From positions 18,363,292 to 18,427,291 of the forward strand of contig OZ316898.1 of NCBI GenBank assembly GCA_973895155.1: 64,000 bases of DNA, read 5' to 3'. Below, piece after piece: positions 11,861 to 22,031 of this stretch (the first letter of the stretch is position 1; each line of letters begins with the position of its first letter). The stretch is from Marsupella aquatica (taxonomy: Eukaryota > Plantae > Marchantiophyta). Below the pieces are notes generated by a model. It was not told the DNA's origin, did no database searches, and saw only the letters and a list, made by a program, of their open reading frames with translations. The translations under genes and the position numbers were made by a program.

Positions 11861-12853
11861 CCCTTATAGGCCACCTGACAACAATTCCTGGAGACCAGGG
11901 AATGCTAGATTAGAGTTTCCTCCCTCTTCCCTTCAAGTGGCGTCACTTGCTTTCTACACCATTCCCGTGGGCCCAAACAGTGGGGATATGTGCTTCTTCA
12001 ATCTCATACCCTCCAATATAGTTAGAACCTTCTTACAATCGATCCCATAGCTACTCTACCGTTTGAGTTCCAATTGCCTGCAAACAATCCAAAGCGTACC
12101 TCTGTCATCCTTGTTCCACCTCTTTCTGAACTGCATCAGCCTATTTCAAGCTTGACTCGTCCGAGGGCTCAGATTAGAGAATCCTTCTCAATGCTTGGGG
12201 GAAGGTATGGCTGTATTGGCTGAATCTGGTGCCCGAACTTCGAAGACCGTAACAATAACGTGATTACCTGAATACTAACGTGAAGCATCAGGGGATTCGA
12301 AGACTCTGAAATACAATTGGGGATCATATGTCCGCCAAACAAGAGAGGGTGCTGTCATAATGGATTCGTAGTAATAGATTCACGAAGATGTAATGCAATA
12401 TTGTAGCCACTCTTTTGGAGTAAAGCCTAGTCCGTTATTATTCGCTTACAAGACAGTAAACCCATCCAATCCGTATGCTGAAGAAGTACCGAAAAGCATT
12501 TGAGTAGATCAAAGTAGTCTCTGGCATGCGTGAAAATAAGGGCACAAAGGCGTAGATTATAATGAGGCTTCATATAAAACTCACAGCCAGGGCTGCATTT
12601 CATTCCTGATGGCGATGTCCATGAACTTTAATCGGAGCTCTCCATCATCCAAGAAAAGTTGATTTACCTGATCTCAGCTGCTACAGGCCACGGTGAACTA
12701 CTATAGTTTAGCAGATGATGAAATATCAATTCTGTACACCTCAGGGTCGGACAATATAGTTTTGCGTGGCCAATTGAGCCACTAATTTACAATGAATGCC
12801 AGGTTCAATCCCCTGGCAACATCTTTCCCCGAAAAATCCTACCTAATTGATAT

Positions 12854-15800
12854 CTAAGCCGATACCTTGACTTTCCCTCGTCGTCCAGACTTACTACTAC
12901 CTTCTTTCGCTACTTTCTTCGATTTATTGAACGTTTCTAGTGCCGCCTCAATTCTTTCTGCTTTGGTGGGACTCTTTTTGGTAGATGACTGGGACTGCAC
13001 TTCATTAGATGTACCACCTGCCAGCCTTCCTGTGAAAAACCATTCTATGGCCAAAACACTCGCATTCTTCTCTGCTTGCTTCTTATTCGGAGCCGGTTTA
13101 CCCAGAAACGTCTTGCCTCTCACCAACACAGTTGATTGGAACCCACCTCGGGCAGCCTCCTTCGTCTTATACTTCGGTGGTGGATGTTTCCCACCCTTTT
13201 GAACAAGTTGCTGCAACAGACCTTTGATATCACCGTCCATGCCAATGGTTTGTTGTTGTTGTTGTTGTTGTTGCCCACTTTTATTTGCCTGTGGAATTGA
13301 AACTTTTCTACCGTAGACAAAGGTACCCTGACAATCATCTCCACGTAGAAGCTCCGAAGTAGCCTGTAGTAGGAGACTGTCATCGTCATTCAAATCCATG
13401 TCTGAATCCCTCAACCTTCTTTCGACAAGCTGGTCTAATTCTTCCCTCAACATCAAAATCATGGCAGCCACATCTCTAGGCATAAAAAACTCTAGGAAGC
13501 CATCTTGCATGAGTAGCTGCCCAGGCTCATGGCCCCGCCTGACCTCTCCACCGAATAGGAGGATGCCGGTATCAGAAACCCCAGTTGAGTCTCGTATATT
13601 CACACTCGAAGTCTTGACCTTCTCATTGAATACTAACCAAGGATAAATCAATTTCCTTTCTTGTGCATTGACCGAGTTTTGGTGAAGATTCACCTGCCCA
13701 TCCTCTTTAGTTTTAAAAGTGGTGGACTTTGACCTCGATACGGCAGAAGCCACTCCGGGATACAAGCCGGCACAGATCACCCCACGTACCAAGTCTAGGT
13801 CCTGGCTGTTCTCACTGCATCGATCCATGTCAAAACCAGCAGCTGACAGCAAGCTCCAGAACTGCTTACGAAGGGAATGCATTCCCTGCAAAGTCTGGAA
13901 CGAAAGGAAGTTCGACCAGCAATAGTCAGCGCCCGTCCCTTGATTCATGGCCCTTTGCCAACCGTTGTAAGCGTTCACGAGACCGAGATGATCACTGGAG
14001 TCCTCCCTACCGAACCTTAACCTTGCACTGTTCGCAACCTCCTTCTTATCCATGGGCATAACGAAAGGATCCCGAGTTGTGAGACCGGCAGCAATTGTAA
14101 GTACAGGATCCAGACAGCGAAAAACCGAACCCATAAGAAGCATTTTTCCCAGCCTCGGCTCTAGTGGCAAATTTGACAAGTGGCGGCCAATATCTGTTAG
14201 CTCCTCTCGTTCATCCAGGGCCCCTATTGTCTTCAGCAATTCTACAGCATTGTGAACTGCACGCTGCTCGGGAGGCTGCAACGCCTTGGACAGAAACTCT
14301 TCTATGCTGCCTAAACCCAAGCTCTTGATTTGCAAACATAGAGACTGCAAGGGCGTCCTCAGAAGCTCTGGAGCTTGATAATCTTCAAAAGCATCATGAA
14401 CAGCTTTGGGATACAGGTGGTAGGCGACTCCAGGCCGAACTCGCCCAGCCCTTCCTCTTCGTTGGCGTGCTGAGGCTTTAGAAATCCACTGTGGTAGAAG
14501 ACAGGGAGTGTTGTTCAAGGCATCGTATGATGTCTCTTTTGCTTTTCCACCATCAACGACGAAAACAACGTCGTTGATAGTGATGCTTGTCTCTGCCATG
14601 TTGGTGGCCAGGACAATTTTCCGCACCCCTGGGGGTGCAGGATTAAAGATCAGTTTCTGCTCACCTGTAGCCATAGATCCATGACATCCAAGAAGAAGCA
14701 CTTTGTTAGGGTCTCCAAGGAGAGGGCTGCTTCTGAGTTTCTCCAGCACGGCAGAGATGTCCTCCCACCCTGTCAGGAACACCAGCACAGCCCCCTCTCG
14801 CTCCTGTTTGCAAATATGGCACAACAGCTTTTCAATGACGTTGAATCCCAAGCTCTCTGGATTCCAACACGAGAAGGAGTCGCGTACTTTGTAATGAAGA
14901 TTAGAATGATCATGCTCAGCCATCGCAGAGTCAGCCACTGTGTTCACTAGGGACCTTCTCGACCGACCTCGTAGCTGCTTTGCCATTTTCCAGTGCTTGT
15001 CCTCTCCGTAGTCATCTATCTGATTCCAAGGGGTGAGGACATGACCAATCATGGGCAGAATGTCCTCCAAAAAATGGGACTCGACAGGATATGTAAATCC
15101 TGGAATATGGACCATTGGTGCTCCATCAAAAAAAGAGGAGAAAAGTTCCGCATTGAGAGTTGCACTCATGAGAATCAACCTCATGTCAGGCCGCCGAGAT
15201 AGAAGATTTTTTAGCACAATCAGAAGAAAATCTTCGTTCATTCCCCGCTCGTGTATTTCATCCACCACTACATGGCTCACTCCTTTCAGCTCAGGGTCTT
15301 TCATCAGCCTCCTGAGCAGGATTCCTGAGGTGCAGAACAACAGGCTCGTGTCTTTACTCTTCTTTCCCTCGAGCCTCACTTGGTATCCAACTGATTCGCC
15401 CAACGCCTCCCCTCTCTCTGAGGCCACTCTCTCTGCAACCGACACAGCAGAAATTCTCCTCGGTTGAGTACATATTATACTGCAATTAGCTCCACGTCCA
15501 GCTGCAATCTCAGACTCCAGAATATACTGAGGCAATTGCGTGGTCTTTCCACAACCAGTCTCCCCCGATACGACCAGTACCTGATTCTCAGCAATAGCAG
15601 CTAGGAACCCGTCTCTTTCCTTCCATGCTGGCAAAGTCTCCCTGAAATTCTGCATTTTTTGCCCCTCTGGCAACTCCTCCCAACTCCTCTGCCTATTCTT
15701 CATACGTATGCTTCGCCGATTGAGTCTCTCTTCGTTCAGCATTTCTTCCACTCTGGCCAAGTGCTTTGCTGTCCTATCATCAATTCCTCTCTGCTCTTGA

Positions 15801-16570
15801 AATCCCCCTGCATCACTCAGAGACTCTTCAAGAGAGTCCTCCGTGTCAGAATAATCCTTTTTGTTTAAGAGATACTTTCGGAGAAGAGCGTCTACTTTAT
15901 CTTTAACCGCGGGACTAATGACAACTTGCCGCTGAGGCCTCTTGGAATCCAAATCAGGCCTATAATTCGGGAGAGGTACTTTACTAATGACCATGGTTTT
16001 CACATATAGATGCCCATGAAGGCCCAAGCTTTTGAGCAAAGGACCCAGCTTGTCAAAATCTTTCACGTCCTTCCCATCCCTGGAGATGAGCTCCTCTTGG
16101 TCACTTGCCACAAATCTGCTGAGTCTGCTCCTCCATCGCTCCACGTCGATATACATGTCGCCAGAGTCGGAAGACTCATACTCGTCGTCAGAGTAGCTTT
16201 GGACCGAATGAAGGTACGCAAGGTCTCGGGAGGTGATCACAGTGAGATCAGGATTCAAGTCTGCTAAACTACTGGCTCCTGGTCGTATCCCTCCTTTCAC
16301 TCCTGGACGAGAATTCCCTAAAGACCAAGACTTGAGACTCGAGTTCAAAACAGACGTCCGGTTTCTGATACTGGAAAATGCGTCCACTAGAAATGAGGAC
16401 TCCTGCCTCACGGAAGTGCGCAGTGGCCGCTCGGAAATGTCTCCGAGCTGGGCAGACAACCCATTCCTGGTCAACCTCCTCGGTTCTGGTCTGCGGAACA
16501 GCCCACGGTGGGACTGCAATCGAATTGCTCGGAACATTGAATGATCCTTGTAGCAAATGCACTCCTGCAT
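12854..16570 (-). CDS. DExH-box ATP-dependent RNA helicase (DHX36-like plant DExH3/DExH5 group) with C-terminal dsRBD; single-exon CDS
   Basis: Uninterrupted ORF of about 1238 aa with SKVPLPNYRPDLD, GETGCGKTTQ, TQPRRISA, DEIHER, MSAT, ATNMAETSITI, QRRGRAGR, an HA2/OB region and a dsRBD (KKQAEKNA). First ATG at 16570; alternative at 16537. The Arg/Ser-rich N-terminus resembles an organellar targeting peptide. Confidence 0.95.
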   Translation of the reverse strand: MQECICYKDHSMFRAIRLQSHRGLFRRPEPRRLTRNGLSAQLGDISERPLRTSVRQESSFLVDAFSSIRNRTSVLNSSLKSWSLGNSRPGVKGGIRPGASSLADLNPDLTVITSRDLAYLHSVQSYSDDEYESSDSGDMYIDVERWRSRLSRFVASDQEELISRDGKDVKDFDKLGPLLKSLGLHGHLYVKTMVISKVPLPNYRPDLDSKRPQRQVVISPAVKDKVDALLRKYLLNKKDYSDTEDSLEESLSDAGGFQEQRGIDDRTAKHLARVEEMLNEERLNRRSIRMKNRQRSWEELPEGQKMQNFRETLPAWKERDGFLAAIAENQVLVVSGETGCGKTTQLPQYILESEIAAGRGANCSIICTQPRRISAVSVAERVASERGEALGESVGYQVRLEGKKSKDTSLLFCTSGILLRRLMKDPELKGVSHVVVDEIHERGMNEDFLLIVLKNLLSRRPDMRLILMSATLNAELFSSFFDGAPMVHIPGFTYPVESHFLEDILPMIGHVLTPWNQIDDYGEDKHWKMAKQLRGRSRRSLVNTVADSAMAEHDHSNLHYKVRDSFSCWNPESLGFNVIEKLLCHICKQEREGAVLVFLTGWEDISAVLEKLRSSPLLGDPNKVLLLGCHGSMATGEQKLIFNPAPPGVRKIVLATNMAETSITINDVVFVVDGGKAKETSYDALNNTPCLLPQWISKASARQRRGRAGRVRPGVAYHLYPKAVHDAFEDYQAPELLRTPLQSLCLQIKSLGLGSIEEFLSKALQPPEQRAVHNAVELLKTIGALDEREELTDIGRHLSNLPLEPRLGKMLLMGSVFRCLDPVLTIAAGLTTRDPFVMPMDKKEVANSARLRFGREDSSDHLGLVNAYNGWQRAMNQGTGADYCWSNFLSFQTLQGMHSLRKQFWSLLSAAGFDMDRCSENSQDLDLVRGVICAGLYPGVASAVSRSKSTTFKTKEDGQVNLHQNSVNAQERKLIYPWLVFNEKVKTSSVNIRDSTGVSDTGILLFGGEVRRGHEPGQLLMQDGFLEFFMPRDVAAMILMLREELDQLVERRLRDSDMDLNDDDSLLLQATSELLRGDDCQGTFVYGRKVSIPQANKSGQQQQQQQQTIGMDGDIKGLLQQLVQKGGKHPPPKYKTKEAARGGFQSTVLVRGKTFLGKPAPNKKQAEKNASVLAIEWFFTGRLAGGTSNEVQSQSSTKKSPTKAERIEAALETFNKSKKVAKEGSSKSGRRGKVKVSA
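13250..13273 (-). repeat. (CAA)n coding microsatellite giving a polyQ run just before the dsRBD
   Basis: TTG repeat on the + strand; QQQQQQQQ in the helicase. Confidence 0.9.
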
Positions 16571-16635
16571 GTGATTCAATTAAGTCGACAGGCGCAAAAC
16601 GCCTCTCTAGTATGGACTCAGGCACTCCAACGCGC

Positions 16636-17239
16636 CTGAAAAAGCAGATTACGACTCGCACATTCTACTATTTCAACACTAATTCGATTTTCTTCAAGCA
16701 GAGACGCTCGGGAGTGGCTTCAAACACACCCAGTACACATTCTCAAACACCGGCACTGATTGCTTCATTCTCAACTCCCGCATTCGAAGAAACCTTTCGA
16801 GGGCATCATTCCCCTGCTCGCTTTAACAAAAGCGTTGTCCGTCCGTCCGTCCGCAGGGCCCTTGTCCGCAGCGGGCAATCGCAAGGGACAGGGGTTAGGG
16901 TTTAGCATTTTGTCAGCTGCTCGTTAGACCGTGACAACCGGGAGTCCCGATCGCAGCAGAGACATTCAAGTAAACTGCAGGAGCCATCATTGCAGAAATT
17001 TTAGTACGTCAAATTGAAAAGATCACCGAAAGCTCGAACAGCCATTTCTGCGCCGATTTTCGACCCAAAAGAAAACACTTAAACCTACAGAAGTAGCGAA
17101 CGAAACCAAGACCTCGAGAGTTTGAGTAGATCGGAGCTAACATTTCAATTGCGGGAGCTCGAGAAAAGGCTTCGACCTAGTTGCGAGCGCCTTTCACGAC
17201 ACCGAGTGTGAGAGCTCAGATCGCTGCGTCGAAATAAAC
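16636..17239 (-). other. Putative 5'-UTR intron of the helicase
   Basis: CTGCAG|GTTTAT donor and TGCTTTTTCAG| acceptor on the minus strand. A telobox-like motif lies inside it (about 16891-16905). Confidence 0.5.
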
Positions 17240-17495
17240 CTGCAGAATAGAGGCGATTGCGGAGAGCGAGGAGAGCTCCACGGTGCAACCACTACAAGAG
17301 AAACGACGAGGACCGGCAGATTGAGAACAGTCTCCTCCATCTATGGTGTGCGGTCGATTGTTGGGCCTCTTGAGAAAGAACGGAGAAAACGGAATGGCTG
17401 CTCTGAAATTGAGAACCGTTGTGAAACCTAAAGTAAAGGAATAACAAACTAGAAGTGGAGCGCAGTCCATAACTTCTCGTATTTTTTTATTTAGT

Positions 17496-18450
17496 TTTAC
17501 TTGTGTTGTGGCCTCTGTTGTGGCCTCACATTTTAGGTGAACCCTAAACAGTGTATCGCATGGTATAACCTTTTTATTAAGCCTTACTCTCTTCTTTCGG
17601 ACCTTGTGTTCTTTAGAGAAAGTGGGGTAGACAAAGCGTATTAGTTAGTGCAATTCATGAGGCTTTCACTATTATTTGTAGAGCCAAGGTTGTTGGTTTT
17701 AGGGATTTATTTGTGTTTACTTGTGTTGTGGCCTCTGTTGTGGCCTCACATTTTTAGGTGAACCCTAAACAATGTATCCCATGGTCTCACCTTTTTATTA
17801 AGCCTTACTCTCTTCTTTCTGACCTTGTGTTCTTTAGAGAAAGTGGGTGTAGACAAAGGGTATTAGTTTGCAAGTCATGAGGCTTTCACTATTCTTTGTA
17901 GAGCCAAGGTTGTTGGTTTTAGGGATATATTTATTTTTACTTGTGCTGTGGTCTCTGTTGTGGCCTTACATTTTTAGGTGAACCCTAAACAGTGTATCCC
18001 ATGGTATCACCTTTTTATTGAGCCTAACTCTCTTGTTTCTGTCCTGGTGTCGTCTCTAGAGAAAGGGGGTGTAGACAAAGGGTATCAATTTGCACTTCAT
18101 GTGGCTTTCACTTGACTTTCACTATTCTTTGTAGAGCTAAGGTTATTAGTTTTAGTTATTCTAGACAGATTCTTTTTGGTGACCCACCTATGTGGTTTAC
18201 TCCACAGCTTTATTAGGCTTTTCAATTTTCCTCTTGGTCAGGTTTTTAGTTTGCTCAGCTAAATTGTGGCCTTTAGGGTCTTTTGGTGTTTTGGGGGTAT
18301 CTTTGGTTTGTTCGGCCTCTCTGATCTTCATGGGTTCCTTTTGCCCTCCCCCCTCCTTCATTGGGTCATTTGGCCTTCACCTTTGGGATACTATCTCCCA
18401 GTTTGGCACTTTTGTACTTGAGCACTGTATTATGTATTTTTAGAATTCTG
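17496..18450 (+). mobile_element. Three tandem ~220-bp units plus a T-rich tail, apparently derived from a CRE-like element C-terminus and 3' UTR
   Basis: Units start near 17496, 17717 and 17937. Unit 3 translates RQRVSI (18073-18090)...TILCRAKV (18121-18144). The tail at 18200-18450 shares a TTGGGA..CTATCTCCC.GTT motif with 11788-11810. The repeat itself is certain; its origin is inferred. Confidence 0.6.
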
Positions 18451-18729
18451 AGATTTCTGTTAATCTCGCTTTTTTTCCAGTTCAGTTACCTACTATGTCA
18501 TTGTTGTAGCTTAACTATTACCTTGCCACCTAGATTAACAGAAGTAATAAGATTATTGAGTAAGTGGCCCACATGCTTTTAGGCTCCTATCCACAACTTT
18601 GATAGGAGTTTCCCATAAGTCTCCCTTGAGTTACTAGAACTTTTCTGTGAGTTCTCATAAGTCTGAGTTACCAGAAGAAATTAAATTATCCTTGTATGGT
18701 ACTATAGTCTAAGACTTTATCTGGTATCC

Positions 18730-19180
18730 CAGTTTTGAGACTCCCTAACAGGACATCTCAAAGCTTCAAATATGATGCACCTTAACTTTGTATCTGTTAG
18801 TCATAATTTTAATTACTAAGTTAAGGTAGGTTTGAGATTCCCTTATAAACCTGATTACCTTTAAGTCAAGGTCCATCAAATTTGAGGTTGAGACCCCCAA
18901 TAAAGCTTATGTTTAAGCTAAGGTCATTAAATTTAACTTTTAAAACTCACTAATAAAGCTTACCTTTTATATTATAAGTTAAGGTCCATCTTGAGGTTTG
19001 AGACCCCCTAATAAAGGAGTACCTTTAGTAGCCTGGTTTTAAGGACATGGCACCCCTCCCTAATAAAGCTTACCTTTACGTTAATAAGTTAAGGTCCATC
19101 AAATTCGAGGTTTGAGACCCCTAATAACCCGGATTACCTTTATTACTTAGCCTGGTTTTAAGGACATGACATCCCTCACA
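18730..19180 (+). repeat. Degenerate tandem array containing repeated TTTGAGACCCCC(T)AA motifs
   Basis: AAGGTCCATC...GAGGTTTGAGACCCCCTAATAA near 18870-18903, 18982-19015 and 19092-19127, with weaker copies upstream. Confidence 0.7.
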
Positions 19181-19321
19181 TTTTTCAGATTTGGTTTTTA
19201 AGATTCCTTCTATTCCACGATATACACAACGGGAGGAAAAATGGCATTTCGAGAGAGTCGTTGCTCTCTATCGAACTCTTTCTCCAGTACTTCTCATCAT
19301 TCTCATCAGGGCACAGAACAG

Positions 19322-20331
19322 GTATGTCGTGTTTTTCTCGCGTTGTGCTCTCTTTGGGAACGCTCGTTTGATTTGTTCAATTCGTTCGCAACTAGGTTTC
19401 AGGATTTGGTCCAAAGCTCCGTACAGCACTTGTTTGATTGGTATAATTCGTTCGCAACTAGAATCTGCAGCGCAGCAGCAATCCGAGCTCTACTGTAGGA
19501 CTGTCTCTGTCAAGTCGTTCGCAACCATGTTTAAGAATTTTCTGAAGCTGCCGTGGAAAGAGGTTTTTGCTTTGCAACCAGGCTTTCCGAGCATTCGTTG
19601 AGTGATCTTCGAATTTGACGTTTAAATTGACTCTAGAATTTCTGCAATGATGGCTCCTGCAGCGCTTGAACGTCTCTAGGGCAATCGGGAGTCCCGGTTG
19701 TCGCTGTCGAACAAACTGAAAAGCATTTGAGAACCTGCGTAATCTCTCCCGCTTTCTTCCCCTGCCCCTGCGATTTCTCTCTGCGGAGAAGGCCCCTGAG
19801 GATGTACAGACAACGATTTTGGTCGTGAGAGCCCTCAATCACTTCGCTTGGGAATCGTCTTTTTATCACGGTTTGATAGGTTTAGGGTTACATGTGCCAA
19901 GCCTTGCGTACGGACAGACAGAACAATTTTGATACGTTAGAGCCCTCACCTCGCTCGGGAATCTTCTTCTTATCAGGTTTGATAGGTTTAGGGCTGGATG
20001 TACCAAGAAAGTATAGCGTCCTACGACCATTTCTCCTCGCGGACAAGGGCCCTGCGGACAAGCAGAGATCATTTTTTTGTGGGAGAGCCCTCACTTTGCT
20101 CGGGAGTCTTCTTTTTATCAAGGTTGGATGGACGGTTCAGGGTTAGATATGCTACGAGACTACATCGTCCAACGAACTCTATGAAAGTTCACGTCTGCAC
20201 GCCAAGTCTCTGGGCAAACTGATATATTTTGTATCAAGCAATATGAACCATCACGGTGGGCTGTTGCTCTGGTAGTCTGATTGTTACTCTGGGCTGTGAT
20301 TTGGTGCTCACAACCTAAGGGATTTTTTCAG
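19322..20331 (+). other. Putative 5'-UTR intron of spastin, containing three degenerate ~110-140-bp repeats
   Basis: CAG|GTATGT donor and GATTTTTTCAG| acceptor. GAGCCCTCA...GGGA.TC.TCTT.TTATCA occurs three times at 19828-20150. Confidence 0.55.
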
Positions 20332-20534
20332 GGAGCCCAGAGAATGTCTGGGTATGGCAGGGTGGTTAGGGAACGACACTTTGAAGTTTGTCAAAAACTG
20401 TAATTAATTAGGTGCATGTGTTTAGGATTGTTAAGATTTCAAACCAGGAAAGACATACTGTGGTAGTGGCGGGTAGAAAGCGGAGGGAAATTCCACACGA
20501 GAATGATCAGATTGGGGGGTAAAAAGAGGAAAAC

Positions 20535-22031
20535 ATGTGGAATTTTGTCCAATTCCTGAATGCGTTGGTTGCTCCACAATCAGATGCGGAGAAAGCGGCC
20601 GCTGTAGAGCGACGTTTTTTCGAGAGCGGCGAACAAGGCACCGAGACGACGGCACTGTCACCTGAGACCCAAGGCAGCTCGGCCAATGGCGAGCGTGCCG
20701 TGCAGAAACTCAAAGGCTACTTCAGCTTGGCCAAAGAGGAGGTCGAGAAGGGCGTCCGTTCTGAAGAATGGGGGCTCACTGAGGATGCTGTTGCCCACTA
20801 CAAGAAAGCTAACCACATACTAGTTGAGGGAAGCAGCGTACCCTTGGGTGTTGAACCTGGGAGTGCATCCTATGAGAATGTGGGGCATTATAGAAAAAAA
20901 TTGCTCCAGTGGCACGAGAAAGTTCTCGAGAGGCTGCGAGTGTTGAACACTCGATCAGTGGGAGCTTCTAAAGCTCAGGCTATGGATAAGAGGCCAATAG
21001 TCAATTACCTTCCCAAGAGAAGGCCTATTCCGCCTCCTGTACAGCCACGTCCAGTGACTCCCGCTCGTGCTCCTGTGAACCCCCAAACTCGACAGCAGGT
21101 TCTACCGAATTTAGCTGCTCAACCAGTGGCCATCAAGGGACTTGATCCAAAGTTGGTGGAAACAATTGAGAATGATATCGTGGACAGAAGCCCAGCTGTG
21201 AAATGGGACGACATTGCTGGCTTGGCCAGAGCAAAGTTGGCACTGATGGAGATGGTTATATTGCCTTCAATTCGGAGTGATCTATTTCAGGGGCTTCGGA
21301 AACCTGCCAGAGGTCTGCTCCTATTTGGTCCTCCGGGCAATGGGAAGACCATGCTAGCTAAAGCTGTTGCTTCAGAGTCTGCTGCAACATTTTTCAGTAT
21401 AAGTGCTTCATCACTTACATCGAAGTGGGTTGGTGAGGGAGAGAAGCTTGTGAAAGCCCTCTTTGGTATTGCAGCTGCAAGGCAGCCTTCGGTTATATTC
21501 GTGGATGAGATTGATAGCATCATGTCGTCCCGATCTTCTGGTGAACACGAAGCAAGCAGAAGGTTGAAGACAGAGTTTTTGGTGCAGTTTGATGGAGTCA
21601 TATCCAATGAGAATGACCGAATCATTGTAATGGCGGCCACCAACCGGCCTGAAGAGTTAGATGATGCTGTTCGCCGGAGGCTGGTGAAGAGAATTTATAT
21701 TCCTCTACCAGATGCAGAGGGAAGGAAAGCATTGCTGCAGAACCTGCTGAAGGGGCAGACAACTTTTTCTTTGCATGGGAGTGAGTTGGAGAAGCTCATA
21801 AAGAGTACTGATGGCTACTCTGGCAGTGATCTCCATGCGTTGTGCCAAGAATCAGCCATGATGCCACTTCGCGAATTGGGTTCTCAGATCAGTACCATAA
21901 GACCAGATCAAGTGCGTGCATTAACTTTGAGGGATTTCATGGAGGCTTTAAAAGTGATTCGGCCGAGTGTTTCAAAGGAGCAGCTAGCACAATATGAACA
22001 ATTCAATAACGAATACGGTTCATTGGGTTGA
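20535..22031 (+). CDS. Spastin-like microtubule-severing AAA ATPase (MIT + AAA), single-exon CDS
   Basis: 498 aa. MIT domain (LKGYFSLAKEEVEKGVRSEEWG), VKWDDIAGL, Walker A GPPGNGKT, pore loop SLTSKWVGE, Walker B FVDEID, SRH ATNRPEELDDAVRRRL, and a C-terminal FNNEYG. Confidence 0.95.
   Translation: MWNFVQFLNALVAPQSDAEKAAAVERRFFESGEQGTETTALSPETQGSSANGERAVQKLKGYFSLAKEEVEKGVRSEEWGLTEDAVAHYKKANHILVEGSSVPLGVEPGSASYENVGHYRKKLLQWHEKVLERLRVLNTRSVGASKAQAMDKRPIVNYLPKRRPIPPPVQPRPVTPARAPVNPQTRQQVLPNLAAQPVAIKGLDPKLVETIENDIVDRSPAVKWDDIAGLARAKLALMEMVILPSIRSDLFQGLRKPARGLLLFGPPGNGKTMLAKAVASESAATFFSISASSLTSKWVGEGEKLVKALFGIAAARQPSVIFVDEIDSIMSSRSSGEHEASRRLKTEFLVQFDGVISNENDRIIVMAATNRPEELDDAVRRRLVKRIYIPLPDAEGRKALLQNLLKGQTTFSLHGSELEKLIKSTDGYSGSDLHALCQESAMMPLRELGSQISTIRPDQVRALTLRDFMEALKVIRPSVSKEQLAQYEQFNNEYGSLG

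Noticed and set aside
13120-16905. Numerous antisense and alternate-frame ORFs over the helicase (likewise over spastin, the CUE-like gene and the Copia element)
   Set aside because: They are shadow ORFs of real coding sequence with no independent motifs.
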